Assembly: GCA_903951425.1 (NCBI GenBank)
Contig: CAJBBX010000053.1
Location: 11,412-75,411, forward strand
Direction of reading: 5' to 3'
DNA: 64,000 bases
Origin: an uncultured Chthonomonas sp.
Lineage (GTDB): Bacteria; Armatimonadota; Chthonomonadetes; Chthonomonadales; CAJBBX01
Both the position numbers and the translations under genes were made by a program. The notes beneath the pieces were generated by a model. It was not told the origin of the DNA and did not search any database. It saw nothing but the letters and a program-made list of their open reading frames with translations. Below, one piece after another: positions 8,468-17,925 of the stretch. Each line of letters starts with the position of its first letter. Positions within the stretch are counted from its first letter, which is position 1.

Positions 8468-10990
8468 TCAGCGTCTCGGCTCCGATCCCCAGAGCGCCCG
8501 AACGAAGAAGTCCCGGAGCCGACGCGTGCCGTAGGGCGTGCCGCTGGGGCAGTGGCCGCCGTTGGGCACCACCAGCAGGTCGAAGTCCTTGTCCGCCTTG
8601 ATGAGCGCGTCGACCACCTGCATGGTGCTGGCCGGGTCGACGTTGGTGTCCATCTCCCCGACGATCAGCAGCAGCTTGCCCTTGATGTTCTTGGCGTTGG
8701 TCACGTTGGACTGCTCGGCGTAGTGCGGGCCCACGGGCCAGCCCATCCATAGCTCGTTCCACCAGACCTTGTCCATGCGGTTGTCATGGCAGCCGCAGTC
8801 GGCCACGGCCGCCTTGTAGAAGTCCGGGTAGGTCTCCAGCCCGCGCAGCGCGTTCTGCCCGCCCGCCGATCCGCCGTAGATGCCCACCCGCGTCAGGTCC
8901 ATCCAGGGCCGCGTCTTTGCCGCCGCCTGCATCCAGAGGATGCGGTCCGGGAAGCCTGCGTCGCCCAGATTCCGGGCGCAGACGTCGTGGAACGCCTTGG
9001 ATCGGCCTGAGGTGCCCATGCCGTCCATCTGCACTACGATGAAGCCCAGCTCGGCCAGCTCCTGCATCCCGTTCCACGCCGACCATCCCTTGGGCGTGAA
9101 GAAGCCCTGCGGACCGGCGTAGATGCTTTCGATGACCGGATAGCGCTTCCCCGGCCTGAAGTTCGAGGGCCGGTAGATGACCCCGTAGATGTCCGTCAGC
9201 CCGTCGCGCCCCTTGGCCGCGAAGCGCTCGGGCATCTTCCAGCCCGCTTTCAGCAGCGCCGATGCGTCGCCCCGTTCGAGCAGGCAGACCGGCGAACCGT
9301 CCCGCGTGCGCCGTAGCTCAGTGACGGGCGGCATGTCGGTCCGCGAGTAGGCGTCCAGGTAGAACTCCCCGTCCGGCGAATCGGTGAGGGCGTGGTTGCC
9401 GTCGCCGCTGGTCAGCCGCAACAGCCCCTTGCCGTCGAAGCCCACCCGGCACTGGTGGAGGTAGTAGGGGTCCTGGGCCGGGTCAATGCCTCCGCAGCTG
9501 AACCAGACCTCCCGCTTCGCCTCATCCACGCGCTCCACGCTTCGCACCACCCAGGCGCCCTGCGTCACGCGGCTCTTCACGGCCCCCGTGCGGCTGTCGA
9601 TGAGGTAGAGGTGGTTCCAGCCGTCCCGCTCCGACATCCAGAGTATCTCGCTCGTGGCATCAAGGTACCGACAGAAGTGCTTGCCCGCGTAGTCGATGAA
9701 GGTCTTGCTGGTCTCGTCCACGATGGCAGTGGCGGCGCCTGAAGCGGCGTCCACAGCGACGATCCGAAGGACCTGATGCCCGCGCTGGTTGTAGACGAAT
9801 GTGAAGCGCGACGAGTCGGCGTCCCACCGGATGTCGGAGACCGACCAGGCGTGCGGGAAGAGCGTGTTCGCCACCGGGATTTCGCGCCGGGCCGTCACAT
9901 CGAAGAGGTGCGGCGTGGGGACGGGGAGCTTGTCGCCGGGCTTGTGGTAGTCGAGCGTCAGGAGCTTGGGCTGCACCTGGTCTGGGGGCGATGATTGCAC
10001 GATGTAGACCTTGTGCTCCTCGCCGGCCAGCGTCCGCACCGCCACCAGCCGCTGTGAGTCGGGCGCCCAGACGATCTCGCCGTAGGCGTCGCCGAGCTTG
10101 CCGTCGGCGCTCAGGGCCGTCTCGGCTCCCGTGGCCGCGTCGCGGAGCCAGACGTTGGCGTCGCGCACGAAGGCGATCCACTTGTCGTCGGGCGAGCGCC
10201 CCGGCTCAGCCTGCCGCGTCTGCTCCCCGCGCCCCCGTGGCCGGCCGCTGGTCCGCTGCGGCGCGCTACCGTCGATGACGGCCGTCCCCGGGCTGTCCGC
10301 CGCCTCGTAGACGCCCAGCGTCTTGCCCGCGGCATCGGTGGCGAGCCATACGTGGCCCGCGAACGAGTGCTGCTCGCGGCTCTCACCGGCGGCCAGCGTG
10401 CCGTAGGCCTTGCGTCCGCCCTCGCTGTCGATCCAGAAGAGGCTGATGGGCCCGCTAGTGCGGTTCTGGAAGAGGATGGCCGACTCGTCGCCGGTGCGGC
10501 TGGAGGGCCTGACCTGCATCGAGCGCGGCAGCGTGGCCTGCTCGGGCGCCGTTCCGGTCGCCGGCGCGAGGGTGTAGTCGGTCAACGAACAGCGCCACGT
10601 CTTGCCGCCCGCACCGAAGGTGACGGCGGTGCAGGCGTCATCCAGCGCGATGGCGTCGAACGGCAGCTTGGCGGCGTCCACGGGTTTGCCTAGGGCCGTC
10701 GCCATCGCCGTCGCCAGGCGCTTGTGGTCGAAGGCAAGCGCCCTCCCGCCGGCCTGCGCATCGACGAGCACGAACTCCTTGCGCCCCGCCGCCAGGTCGT
10801 TGCGGTACCAGAACCGGCGCCCGCCGGCGAACCAGTGCGGCTGCACCCGAGTGCGGAACACAGAGGTCCGCGCCGCGGCGCGCATCGTCTCGATGCGGGC
10901 GTAGTCCTCCTTGGCGCCCTGGCCAAGGGCGGGGCACGTCACCAGCAGCGCGGCGACGGCGAGGGCAGGGGAGCGACGAAGTTTCGGCAT
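8468..10990 (-). CDS. S9-family serine peptidase, dipeptidyl-peptidase IV-like
   Basis: Signal peptide [23 protein letters not shown], then a long propeller-like N-terminal region. The C-terminal alpha/beta hydrolase carries the nucleophile motif GGSAGG ([12 protein letters not shown]). Confidence 0.8.
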   Translation of the reverse strand: MPKLRRSPALAVAALLVTCPALGQGAKEDYARIETMRAAARTSVFRTRVQPHWFAGGRRFWYRNDLAAGRKEFVLVDAQAGGRALAFDHKRLATAMATALGKPVDAAKLPFDAIALDDACTAVTFGAGGKTWRCSLTDYTLAPATGTAPEQATLPRSMQVRPSSRTGDESAILFQNRTSGPISLFWIDSEGGRKAYGTLAAGESREQHSFAGHVWLATDAAGKTLGVYEAADSPGTAVIDGSAPQRTSGRPRGRGEQTRQAEPGRSPDDKWIAFVRDANVWLRDAATGAETALSADGKLGDAYGEIVWAPDSQRLVAVRTLAGEEHKVYIVQSSPPDQVQPKLLTLDYHKPGDKLPVPTPHLFDVTARREIPVANTLFPHAWSVSDIRWDADSSRFTFVYNQRGHQVLRIVAVDAASGAATAIVDETSKTFIDYAGKHFCRYLDATSEILWMSERDGWNHLYLIDSRTGAVKSRVTQGAWVVRSVERVDEAKREVWFSCGGIDPAQDPYYLHQCRVGFDGKGLLRLTSGDGNHALTDSPDGEFYLDAYSRTDMPPVTELRRTRDGSPVCLLERGDASALLKAGWKMPERFAAKGRDGLTDIYGVIYRPSNFRPGKRYPVIESIYAGPQGFFTPKGWSAWNGMQELAELGFIVVQMDGMGTSGRSKAFHDVCARNLGDAGFPDRILWMQAAAKTRPWMDLTRVGIYGGSAGGQNALRGLETYPDFYKAAVADCGCHDNRMDKVWWNELWMGWPVGPHYAEQSNVTNAKNIKGKLLLIVGEMDTNVDPASTMQVVDALIKADKDFDLLVVPNGGHCPSGTPYGTRRLRDFFVRALWGSEPRR

Positions 10991-11049
10991 GGCGGCACAC
11001 CTCAGTGGTTGGGGTGCCTCCATTCTACTTCGAGCAGGCAAGCGGTCCG

Positions 11050-11125
11050 GCGCCTGCCCAGATAGACAGTAATGCCATCTTGTCTGTAATGTAAAGAATG
11101 TAACACATTACATTACTGACATCCG
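11050..11125. promoter_or_regulatory. AT-rich island with nested GTAATG/CATTAC inverted repeats
   Basis: CAGTAATG (11058-11065) pairs with CATTACTG (11112-11119). TGTAATGT pairs with ACATTACA, and AATGT-AAC-ACATT is nested inside. The island lies between the stop of 11128..11976 and the start of the peptidase gene. Confidence 0.35.
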
Positions 11126-11127
11126 AC

Positions 11128-11976
11128 TCACCCCTTCGCTTCCTCACCAACCGGCGCCTCCGCCGCGCGCACCAGCCGGTCCGCGTCCGTGGCGACGACG
11201 CCCGCTGCGGCGGGGCGGACCAGCCTGTCGCCCAGCGCCGACGCGTCGGCAGGGCGCAGGAGGGTGCCGTACTGGGTCAGCCGCACGGCTGCTGCCTCGG
11301 CTCCGGGCAGGATCTCGGCGGCGAGCTTGCGGATCGCCGGGTCGGCTCCGGCCTTGTGCTCTCCGGCGGCCACCTCGCGGATGGCCTTCACCGCCGCCTC
11401 GTCGGCCACCTGCTCATAGCCCTTCAGGATCGCCGCGCTCAGCTTGGGGTTCTTGTAGGCCAGCATGCGCCTGGTCAGCGCCCTGCGATGCGCCTCCTCC
11501 AAAAGGTCGTGGTCGCTGGCCTTGAGGCGCGGCAGTAGCTCCACCAGCGTGGGCTCGACGGCTGCGGTGACATCGTCATCGTTGTAGTCCAGGGCATCGG
11601 TCAGCGGGCCCACGCCTCGCACATCGTCGTATTTGGCAAGCTCCTTGGCGGCATTCCGGTAGGTCTGGCTGAGGGCGAAAGACCCAACCAGGACGTTGAC
11701 CAAGCTGATGTAACTTGTCAGGTCGCTGGCGTGTCCCGATACGACACTGTAGACAGCTACGGATGCCAAGAACACGGTGACCCCGATGCCGATCCGGCGG
11801 CTCCTCAGGCGCCGGGCGGCGTGGGACCGTACGGTCACGAGCAGGGCGTCGACACCGGCCGTGTCCACCTCGCGTCGGGCGCGGTCGCGTAACTCATCCT
11901 TGTCGCTGCTCAGCGCATCAAGGATGTTCGGCGAGATCACCCCGTCCTTCGGTCCTTCGTTAATCAGTCTGCCCAC
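11128..11976 (-). CDS. HEAT-like repeat protein with central two-helix membrane hairpin, paralog A
   Basis: 282 aa. Hydrophobic segments IGIGVTVFLASVAVYSVV and YISLVNVLVGSFALS. HEAT/PBS-lyase-like helices (AAVKAIREVAAGEHKAGADPAIRKLAAEIL). Confidence 0.65.
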   Translation of the reverse strand: MGRLINEGPKDGVISPNILDALSSDKDELRDRARREVDTAGVDALLVTVRSHAARRLRSRRIGIGVTVFLASVAVYSVVSGHASDLTSYISLVNVLVGSFALSQTYRNAAKELAKYDDVRGVGPLTDALDYNDDDVTAAVEPTLVELLPRLKASDHDLLEEAHRRALTRRMLAYKNPKLSAAILKGYEQVADEAAVKAIREVAAGEHKAGADPAIRKLAAEILPGAEAAAVRLTQYGTLLRPADASALGDRLVRPAAAGVVATDADRLVRAAEAPVGEEAKG

Positions 11977-12039
11977 TCAACGCTCCACTCGGGATAACGT
12001 CTGCACCACTACCAGCGCCCGTCACGCCCCTTCACCCGC

Positions 12040-12888
12040 TCACCCCTTCACCTCCTCACCGACAGGCGCCTCCGCCGCGCGCACCAGCCGGTCCGCGTCC
12101 GTGGCGAAGACGCCCGCCGCGGCGGGGCGGACCAGCCTGTCGCCCAGCGCCGACGCGTCGGCAGGGCGAAGGAGGGTGCCGTACTGGGTCAGCCGCACGG
12201 CCGCGGACTCGGCTCCGGGCAGGACGTCGGCGGCGAGCTTGCGGATCGCCGGATCGGCTCCGGCCTTGTGCTCTCCTGCGGCCACCTCGCGGATGGCCTT
12301 CACCGCCGCCTCGTCGGCCACCTGCTCATAGCCCTTCAGGATCGCCGCGCTCAGCTTGGGGTTCTTGTAGGCCAGCATGCGCTTGGTCAGCGCCTTGCGG
12401 TGCGCCTCCTCCAGCAGGTCGTGGTCGCTGGCCTTGAGGCGCGGCAGTAGCTCCACCAGCGTGGGCTCGACGGCTGCGGTCGTCTCCTTGTCCTGGAACT
12501 CCAGCGCCTCGGTCAGTGGGCCCACGCCTCGCACGTCGTCGTACTTCGCGAGCTCCTTGGCGGCATTGCGCTGCGCCTGGCTCGCGGCAAAGAGCGTGGC
12601 AAGAACTCCGGTCATGCCGCCGAAGCTACCCATGCTCTTGCCGTGGTCGGTAGCGACCATGATGATGACGAGTAGCGCGTAAAAGCAGAGGATGCCGATG
12701 CCCACCTTGCGCCGCTTTGCACGCCGCATGCCCTCGGCGCGCACGGTGGCCAGCAGGGCGTCGACGCCCGCCTGGTCCACCACCTGGCGCGCCTGCTCGC
12801 GGATCTGCACCTTCTTGCTGCTCAAGGCCTCCAGCGTCTTCGAGTCGATGGCCTGGCCCTGCGGCTCCTCGTGTATGAGACTGCCCAC
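12040..12888 (-). CDS. HEAT-like repeat protein with central two-helix membrane hairpin, paralog B
   Basis: 282 aa with the same architecture. The C-terminal ~145 aa are nearly identical to paralog A. Confidence 0.65.
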   Translation of the reverse strand: MGSLIHEEPQGQAIDSKTLEALSSKKVQIREQARQVVDQAGVDALLATVRAEGMRRAKRRKVGIGILCFYALLVIIMVATDHGKSMGSFGGMTGVLATLFAASQAQRNAAKELAKYDDVRGVGPLTEALEFQDKETTAAVEPTLVELLPRLKASDHDLLEEAHRKALTKRMLAYKNPKLSAAILKGYEQVADEAAVKAIREVAAGEHKAGADPAIRKLAADVLPGAESAAVRLTQYGTLLRPADASALGDRLVRPAAAGVFATDADRLVRAAEAPVGEEVKG

Positions 12889-12966
12889 GCTACGCTCCTG
12901 TCGGCGGCGGCCTTGGCGGCGCCGCTGACGAATCTGACGGACGGGGCCGCCCTCTCGTTTCGCGCC

Positions 12967-14937
12967 TCAGCCGTAGGGCCAGACGATGAAAGTCTTCGTG
13001 CCCAGCAAGGCGCTGAGCGCCATCCATGCTGTCCCCGCGGCGCACTCGCCCAGGACGATGCCCAGAAAGAACGGCAGCGCCTGCCGGTAGAGCCGCAGGC
13101 CGCCCGCCTTGAGCAGGGCGACCTTGATCACCCAAGCTGCCAGGAGCGAGAGCCACATGAGCGACATGCACCAGTTGCTCGAGATGGCATACCCCACGGG
13201 ATGGAACGGGAAGCCTACCGCGCCCATCCGCACCGCACCCAGCGTGGCCGCCACGGCGAAACCCACGCCAACCGCCGCCACGGCCGTCCGCCGCTGTAGG
13301 GCCGTCACGCCGCCCTGCATCAGGTTCGTGATGTGGTCGTAGGGCTCCTTGCCGAAGATCGCGCTGACGTAGGGCGGGTCGCAGTGCGAGATGGCGCCCC
13401 ATCGGTAGTTCAGCGCCACATCCGCCGCGAAGCCGCAGAGCGCACCCCAGCAGGCGAAGGCCACCAGCGCCCAGAAGATGCCCCGCAGGCTGCCGCCGGA
13501 CTTGGCCTGCGCCTGCAAGCCCTCGGCGTGGACCGCCATGGGGCAGGCCCGGTAGTTGCGGTTGAACCCGTGGCTCAGGGCCAGCGCCACCAGGTCCTGG
13601 TCGCGGAACGCCTCCTTGCCGAAGGTCAGCGGGAGCAGGCGCATGGGGCCCATCTGGCCCAGGTCGTGGGCAGGCGTGCCCATCTCCGCCCGGAGCCGGG
13701 TGATGGCGATGGCCGCCATGAGGTAGATGAAGAGCGTGCCGCAGGCCACCCATGCCGCCATGCCCATCCTCGTGAGGAACCAGAGCGCCGCGGCCAGCGC
13801 CGCCATCACGCCCAGCGAGGCCGTGCGCGGGTGGAGCGGGTCGCCGGCGGTGACCTCCACGTCGCGCGTCCAGAGCGCCGAGAAGCCGCGCCGGAGCGCC
13901 TTGCGGGCCGTATAGAGCGTGAACACAGCGATGGCCATGTAGGCTCCGAACGACTGCTCGAAGACGAACGGGAAGCCTGGGATATCGGTGTAGCCGTTGG
14001 CCGCCGCCACCACGGGCTGCAGCTTCCAGACGATAAAGAAGAACCAGCACGAGAAGAGGAGGTCCGTGGGCAGCATCACGCCGAGCCCCATGATCCATGG
14101 GAAGAAGGCCACGGGCAGCCACGCGATGGCGTTCCATGGCGGCGCGGTGAGGTACTGCTGCGCCGTCTGGAACCGGATGTAGGGCTCCGGGATGGTCGGC
14201 CATAGCGTGTGCAGGCCGAACCAGGTGTCGTGCGCCACGGCCGCCGCGAAGCCGAGCAGGAATAGGCGATTGGTCCAGAGCGGCTGGCGGGGCTGCACCA
14301 GGTCCAGCGGCAGCTGCGCCAGCGGGAATGCCAGCCGCTCGTTCTCGGCCCACTGCCGCCGCAGCAGCGAGTTGAGGCAGGCCCCGCAGAAGACCAGCGC
14401 ACCCAGGAAGGCCGCCCAGCAGAGCGCAGGACCCAGCCAGACGCCCACCTCGCCGGAGCGCCACAGGTCTGCGCCGCCCAGCCAGTAGTGCTCCACCGCC
14501 GAGGGATCGCTCACCGTGAGCCTGCGCGGCAGGAGCGGCAGGATCGCGCTCTCCCACTTGTTGCCCGCGTTGGCATACCTGAAGGGGTAGGTGAGGATCG
14601 GCACCAACACCTCCATGGTGTCGTGCGCCGACATGACGGCGGCCATGAAGACCAGGAAGTAGATGGTCACCATTTCAGCCGGACTCAACCGCCAGGAGGG
14701 CCGTATCCTGCCGGCCGCGCCGCTGCCAGCCACCAGCATCAAGAGCAGGGCCATCATGTGGGGGTAGACGGAGACCGTCGTGGGCTGCCCGGCGTAGCGG
14801 ATGGCCTCCACGGAGACGTTGACCCACGCCGCCACGGGCGCCAGCAGGGCTGCCAGCACGATGGAGCGGACCGTGATCCGGCCGAAGGGTGTGGGAGTAT
14901 TGGAGGGGGTCATGAGACAGGGCGCCGTTACGGCCAT
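12967..14937 (-). CDS. large polytopic membrane protein of unknown function
   Basis: Only the C-terminal 656 aa of the 967-aa ORF look coding (MAVTAPCLMTPSNTPTPFGRITVRSIVLAALLAPVAAWV...), with more than 12 hydrophobic segments. The upstream part overlaps the divergent GH gene and is Arg/Gly-rich noise. From memory it resembles DUF6785/DUF6784-type proteins; this is unverified. Confidence 0.65.
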   Translation of the reverse strand: MAVTAPCLMTPSNTPTPFGRITVRSIVLAALLAPVAAWVNVSVEAIRYAGQPTTVSVYPHMMALLLMLVAGSGAAGRIRPSWRLSPAEMVTIYFLVFMAAVMSAHDTMEVLVPILTYPFRYANAGNKWESAILPLLPRRLTVSDPSAVEHYWLGGADLWRSGEVGVWLGPALCWAAFLGALVFCGACLNSLLRRQWAENERLAFPLAQLPLDLVQPRQPLWTNRLFLLGFAAAVAHDTWFGLHTLWPTIPEPYIRFQTAQQYLTAPPWNAIAWLPVAFFPWIMGLGVMLPTDLLFSCWFFFIVWKLQPVVAAANGYTDIPGFPFVFEQSFGAYMAIAVFTLYTARKALRRGFSALWTRDVEVTAGDPLHPRTASLGVMAALAAALWFLTRMGMAAWVACGTLFIYLMAAIAITRLRAEMGTPAHDLGQMGPMRLLPLTFGKEAFRDQDLVALALSHGFNRNYRACPMAVHAEGLQAQAKSGGSLRGIFWALVAFACWGALCGFAADVALNYRWGAISHCDPPYVSAIFGKEPYDHITNLMQGGVTALQRRTAVAAVGVGFAVAATLGAVRMGAVGFPFHPVGYAISSNWCMSLMWLSLLAAWVIKVALLKAGGLRLYRQALPFFLGIVLGECAAGTAWMALSALLGTKTFIVWPYG

Positions 14938-15054
14938 AGGGTACCCCAAGGCTCCTGACGCGCACTGACGTGGTTGACGGGCTGCCCGCCTGTTCCGCAT
15001 AATCGGGCCGTGCGGCGTACCCCGGTCAAGGGGCTGCGCCCGAGGAGTACTACG

Positions 15055-16836
15055 ATGCAATCGGGTCTGTGGGCATGGGTGGCCGCCCTGTGTGCCGCCT
15101 CGGCGGCGATGGGGGCGCCTTCCGTGGTTACCATCGAGAAGCAGGGGCAGGGCTGGGCGCTGAAGCGCAACGGCGAGGCTTACGCCATTAAGGGCGCAGG
15201 CGGCGATGGCCCGCTGGAGCTCCTCGCACGGTGCGGCGGCAACTCGGTCCGCACGTGGGGCGCGGAGTCGGCGCAGGCCACTCTCGATGCCGCCCAGAAG
15301 CTGGGCCTCAGCGTCACGCTGGGCATCTGGCTCGGCCACCCGCGCCACGGCTTCGACTACAACAACGTCGACCAGGTCGCCAAGCAGCTTGACGAGGTCC
15401 GCAAGGCCGTCACGCAGTTCAAGGACCATCCCGCCCTGCTCATGTGGGGCCTCGGCAACGAGATGGAGGGTGACGGCGCCAACGCGGCCATTTGGAGCGC
15501 ACTGGAGGGCATCGCGGCCACGGTGAAGCGCCTCGACCCGAACCACCCGACCATGACCGTCGTCGCAGAGCTGGGTTCGACCAAGGTGGCCGCCATCCAC
15601 AAGCTCTGTCCGAGCATTGACGTGCTGGGCATCAACACCTATGCCGGCGCCGTCTCGGTGGCCGAGCGTTATGCCAAGGCCGGCGGCACGAAGCCCTACG
15701 TCCTCACGGAGTTCGGCCCGCCCGGCACCTGGGAGGTTGAGAAGACCGCCTGGGGCGCCATCATCGAGCCCACCAGCGAGGCCAAAGCGGGATGGTACCG
15801 CCGCGCCTACACCGAGGCTATCGTGGGCAAGCCGCTCTGCCTTGGCTCTTACGCCTTCACCTGGGGCCACAAGCAGGAGGCCACCACCACCTGGTTCGGT
15901 ATGCTGCTGGCGGACGGCTGCCGCGTGGCCGCCGCCGACGTTGCCCAGGAGGTCTGGTCCGGCAAGCCCCCGGCCAACCGGTGCCCCGTCATCGGTTCGC
16001 TGAAGGTCTCCCCGTCCGATGCGCTGGACCCCGGCGCGTCCCTCTCTGCCACGCTGGCCGCCTCGGACCCCGAGGGCGACAAGCTGGCCGTGGAGTGGGT
16101 GTTGCAGGCCGAGGCCGGGCGCTACTTCACCGGCGGCGACGCCGAGGCCGCTCCGCCGGTCGTCGCAGGCGCCCTGACCCGTTCGTCACTGACAGGCGCA
16201 GACCTGAAGATGCCCGCCGAGCCGGGCCAGTACCGCCTCTATGCCACCGTGCGCGACGGCAAGGGCGGCGCTGCCACGGCCAACGTTCCGCTGCTGGTGA
16301 GGGGTGAGCGCAAGGTCCCACCAGCCGCCACGGCCGCGTTGCCGCTGGTGGTCTACGACGAGCGCGACCGCAAGTCGGCGCCCTACGCGCCCACGGGCTG
16401 GATGGGCAACCGCACAGCCGTGAAGATGGACGAAGCCTGCACCGTTAAGCCGTTCGCCGGCGCCACCTGCATCCGGTGTGAGTACACCGCGACGGCGGAC
16501 TGGGCCGGCGTGGTCTGGCAGAGCCCGCCCGACGACTGGGGCGACCAGCCCGGCGGATGGAACCTGACCGGGGCGAAGCGCCTCGCGTTCCGCGTGCGCG
16601 GCGAGAAGGGCGGTGAGGTGGCGAGCTTCATGTTCGGCGTGTTGGGGCGAGACAAGAAGTACTTTGATTCTGCCGAAGCCAAGAAGGCCGACGTGAAGCT
16701 GACGCAGGAGTGGACCGAGGTAACCATCGACCTGGCGGGCAAAGACCTGAGCCGCATCAAGACCGGCTTCGCCTGGACGGTTGCGGGGCAGGGAGCCCCC
16801 GTGGTCTTCTACCTCGACGACATCAAGTACGAGTAG
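15055..16836 (+). CDS. secreted clan GH-A (TIM-barrel) glycoside hydrolase with C-terminal carbohydrate-binding-like domains
   Basis: GAGGAG lies 7 nt before ATG 15055. Signal peptide MQSGLWAWVAALCAASAAMG. The acid/base-type motif GLGNEMEG and the nucleophile-type motif VLTEFG are spaced as in GH2/GH5-like barrels. Confidence 0.7.
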   Translation: MQSGLWAWVAALCAASAAMGAPSVVTIEKQGQGWALKRNGEAYAIKGAGGDGPLELLARCGGNSVRTWGAESAQATLDAAQKLGLSVTLGIWLGHPRHGFDYNNVDQVAKQLDEVRKAVTQFKDHPALLMWGLGNEMEGDGANAAIWSALEGIAATVKRLDPNHPTMTVVAELGSTKVAAIHKLCPSIDVLGINTYAGAVSVAERYAKAGGTKPYVLTEFGPPGTWEVEKTAWGAIIEPTSEAKAGWYRRAYTEAIVGKPLCLGSYAFTWGHKQEATTTWFGMLLADGCRVAAADVAQEVWSGKPPANRCPVIGSLKVSPSDALDPGASLSATLAASDPEGDKLAVEWVLQAEAGRYFTGGDAEAAPPVVAGALTRSSLTGADLKMPAEPGQYRLYATVRDGKGGAATANVPLLVRGERKVPPAATAALPLVVYDERDRKSAPYAPTGWMGNRTAVKMDEACTVKPFAGATCIRCEYTATADWAGVVWQSPPDDWGDQPGGWNLTGAKRLAFRVRGEKGGEVASFMFGVLGRDKKYFDSAEAKKADVKLTQEWTEVTIDLAGKDLSRIKTGFAWTVAGQGAPVVFYLDDIKYE

Positions 16837-16844
16837 GCGGTGCG

Positions 16845-16879
16845 CTGACGGAGCGGCCGGCGCACCGCCGCTCCGTCAG
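16845..16879. terminator. bidirectional terminator hairpin between convergent genes
   Basis: A perfect 12-bp inverted repeat, CTGACGGAGCGG (16845-16856) / CCGCTCCGTCAG (16868-16879), with an 11-nt loop. The 3' arm overlaps the stop codon of the minus-strand gene. Confidence 0.5.
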
Positions 16880-17862
16880 CCCTTGGCCAGGCTCCGTGAG
16901 AGCTCGTAGGCCGTGTCGAACGCCACCTTCAGCTCCTCGATGGAGCAGTGGTCCTGCACGAAGTGGGTGGTGCAGAAGAGCAGGCCGCCGTCGGCGAAGA
17001 GCCGCATGACGCGCTCGATCTCGCTCTTCAGCTTCGCCAGGTCGCCGAAGCCGATGGTGGTCTGCACGTCCAGCCCGCCCATCACCGAGAACTCGTGGCT
17101 CCAGTTGGCCTTCTGGTTGGCAAGGCTCATGCCCGCCGACTCCTGCCACGGGTGGACCACGTTGTAACCCAGCTTCACGATGCCGTCGATGACCGAGTTG
17201 TTGTTTCCGTCCGTATGGAGGCTGATGGTGCATCCCCGCGCGCGGACGGCGTCGCATGTGGGCTTGTGCGCCGGGTAGATGAGCTTCCACCAGGTCTTCG
17301 GCGAGAAGAGCAATCCGCGCTCTGCGCCCCAGTCGTCGCTGATGTGGACCATATCCACGCCCAGGTCGATGCAGTTCATGGCGAAGCGCCGGTTCCACTC
17401 GGCCTGACGCGCATAGACCCGCGCCAGCACGTCGGGGTACATGGCCAGGTACATCAGGTGGTTCTCGATGCCGAAGACCCCGTTCAGGCACTCGAAGATG
17501 CCCGGCGTCTGCACGTAGACGAAGCGCCCGCGCTCGGTCTGGTGGTGCTTGATGGCCGCCGCGATGTCGTCGTAGTCCGACGTGCGGTCGGGATCGGTCA
17601 TCGGCAGCTCGAGGGCGACCTCGGGCAGGATCGGCCCGCTGGCCGCGGCCTGCTGCAGCGCGGCGCCCTCATACGAGGCGGGTCCGCCGAAGATGTGGGC
17701 CAGGTCGAACTCGTAGTGGTCCTCGAAGGCGTCGCACGAGCCGAACGCCTGGCTGATCGGCCCGTCCATGTTGGCCCGGACCCAGCCATAGATCGGGATG
17801 CGGTCCGGCTTGCCGTGCTCGATGACGGTCCGAACTCTTTCACGTGATGTCATAGGTAGCAT
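16876..17862 (-). CDS. uroporphyrinogen decarboxylase (URO-D) family protein
   Basis: 328 aa. The N-terminus MTSRERVRTVIEHGKPDRIPIYGW and the overall length match URO-D/MtaA-like TIM-barrel proteins. It sits at the 3' end of the GH116 gene string. Confidence 0.75.
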   Translation of the reverse strand: MLPMTSRERVRTVIEHGKPDRIPIYGWVRANMDGPISQAFGSCDAFEDHYEFDLAHIFGGPASYEGAALQQAAASGPILPEVALELPMTDPDRTSDYDDIAAAIKHHQTERGRFVYVQTPGIFECLNGVFGIENHLMYLAMYPDVLARVYARQAEWNRRFAMNCIDLGVDMVHISDDWGAERGLLFSPKTWWKLIYPAHKPTCDAVRARGCTISLHTDGNNNSVIDGIVKLGYNVVHPWQESAGMSLANQKANWSHEFSVMGGLDVQTTIGFGDLAKLKSEIERVMRLFADGGLLFCTTHFVQDHCSIEELKVAFDTAYELSRSLAKG

Positions 17863-17925
17863 CTCCTCGCGCCGGGGGCGCCTCTGGGGCCTGGGCCCTT
17901 GCGCCGAGAGTATAGCCGCACGCCG

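Noticed and set aside
12890-14557. 555-aa ORF on the minus strand overlapping the membrane-protein gene in another frame
   Set aside because: Its composition is extreme Arg/Gly/Pro/Ala with no motifs. This is typical of off-frame ORFs in high-GC DNA. The co-located frame encodes a coherent polytopic membrane protein.
14938-15870. N-terminal 311 codons of the 967-aa ORF 12967..15870
   Set aside because: This part runs antisense through the well-supported GH gene (15055..16836) and has non-protein-like composition. A plausible start with a GGAG lies at 14937.
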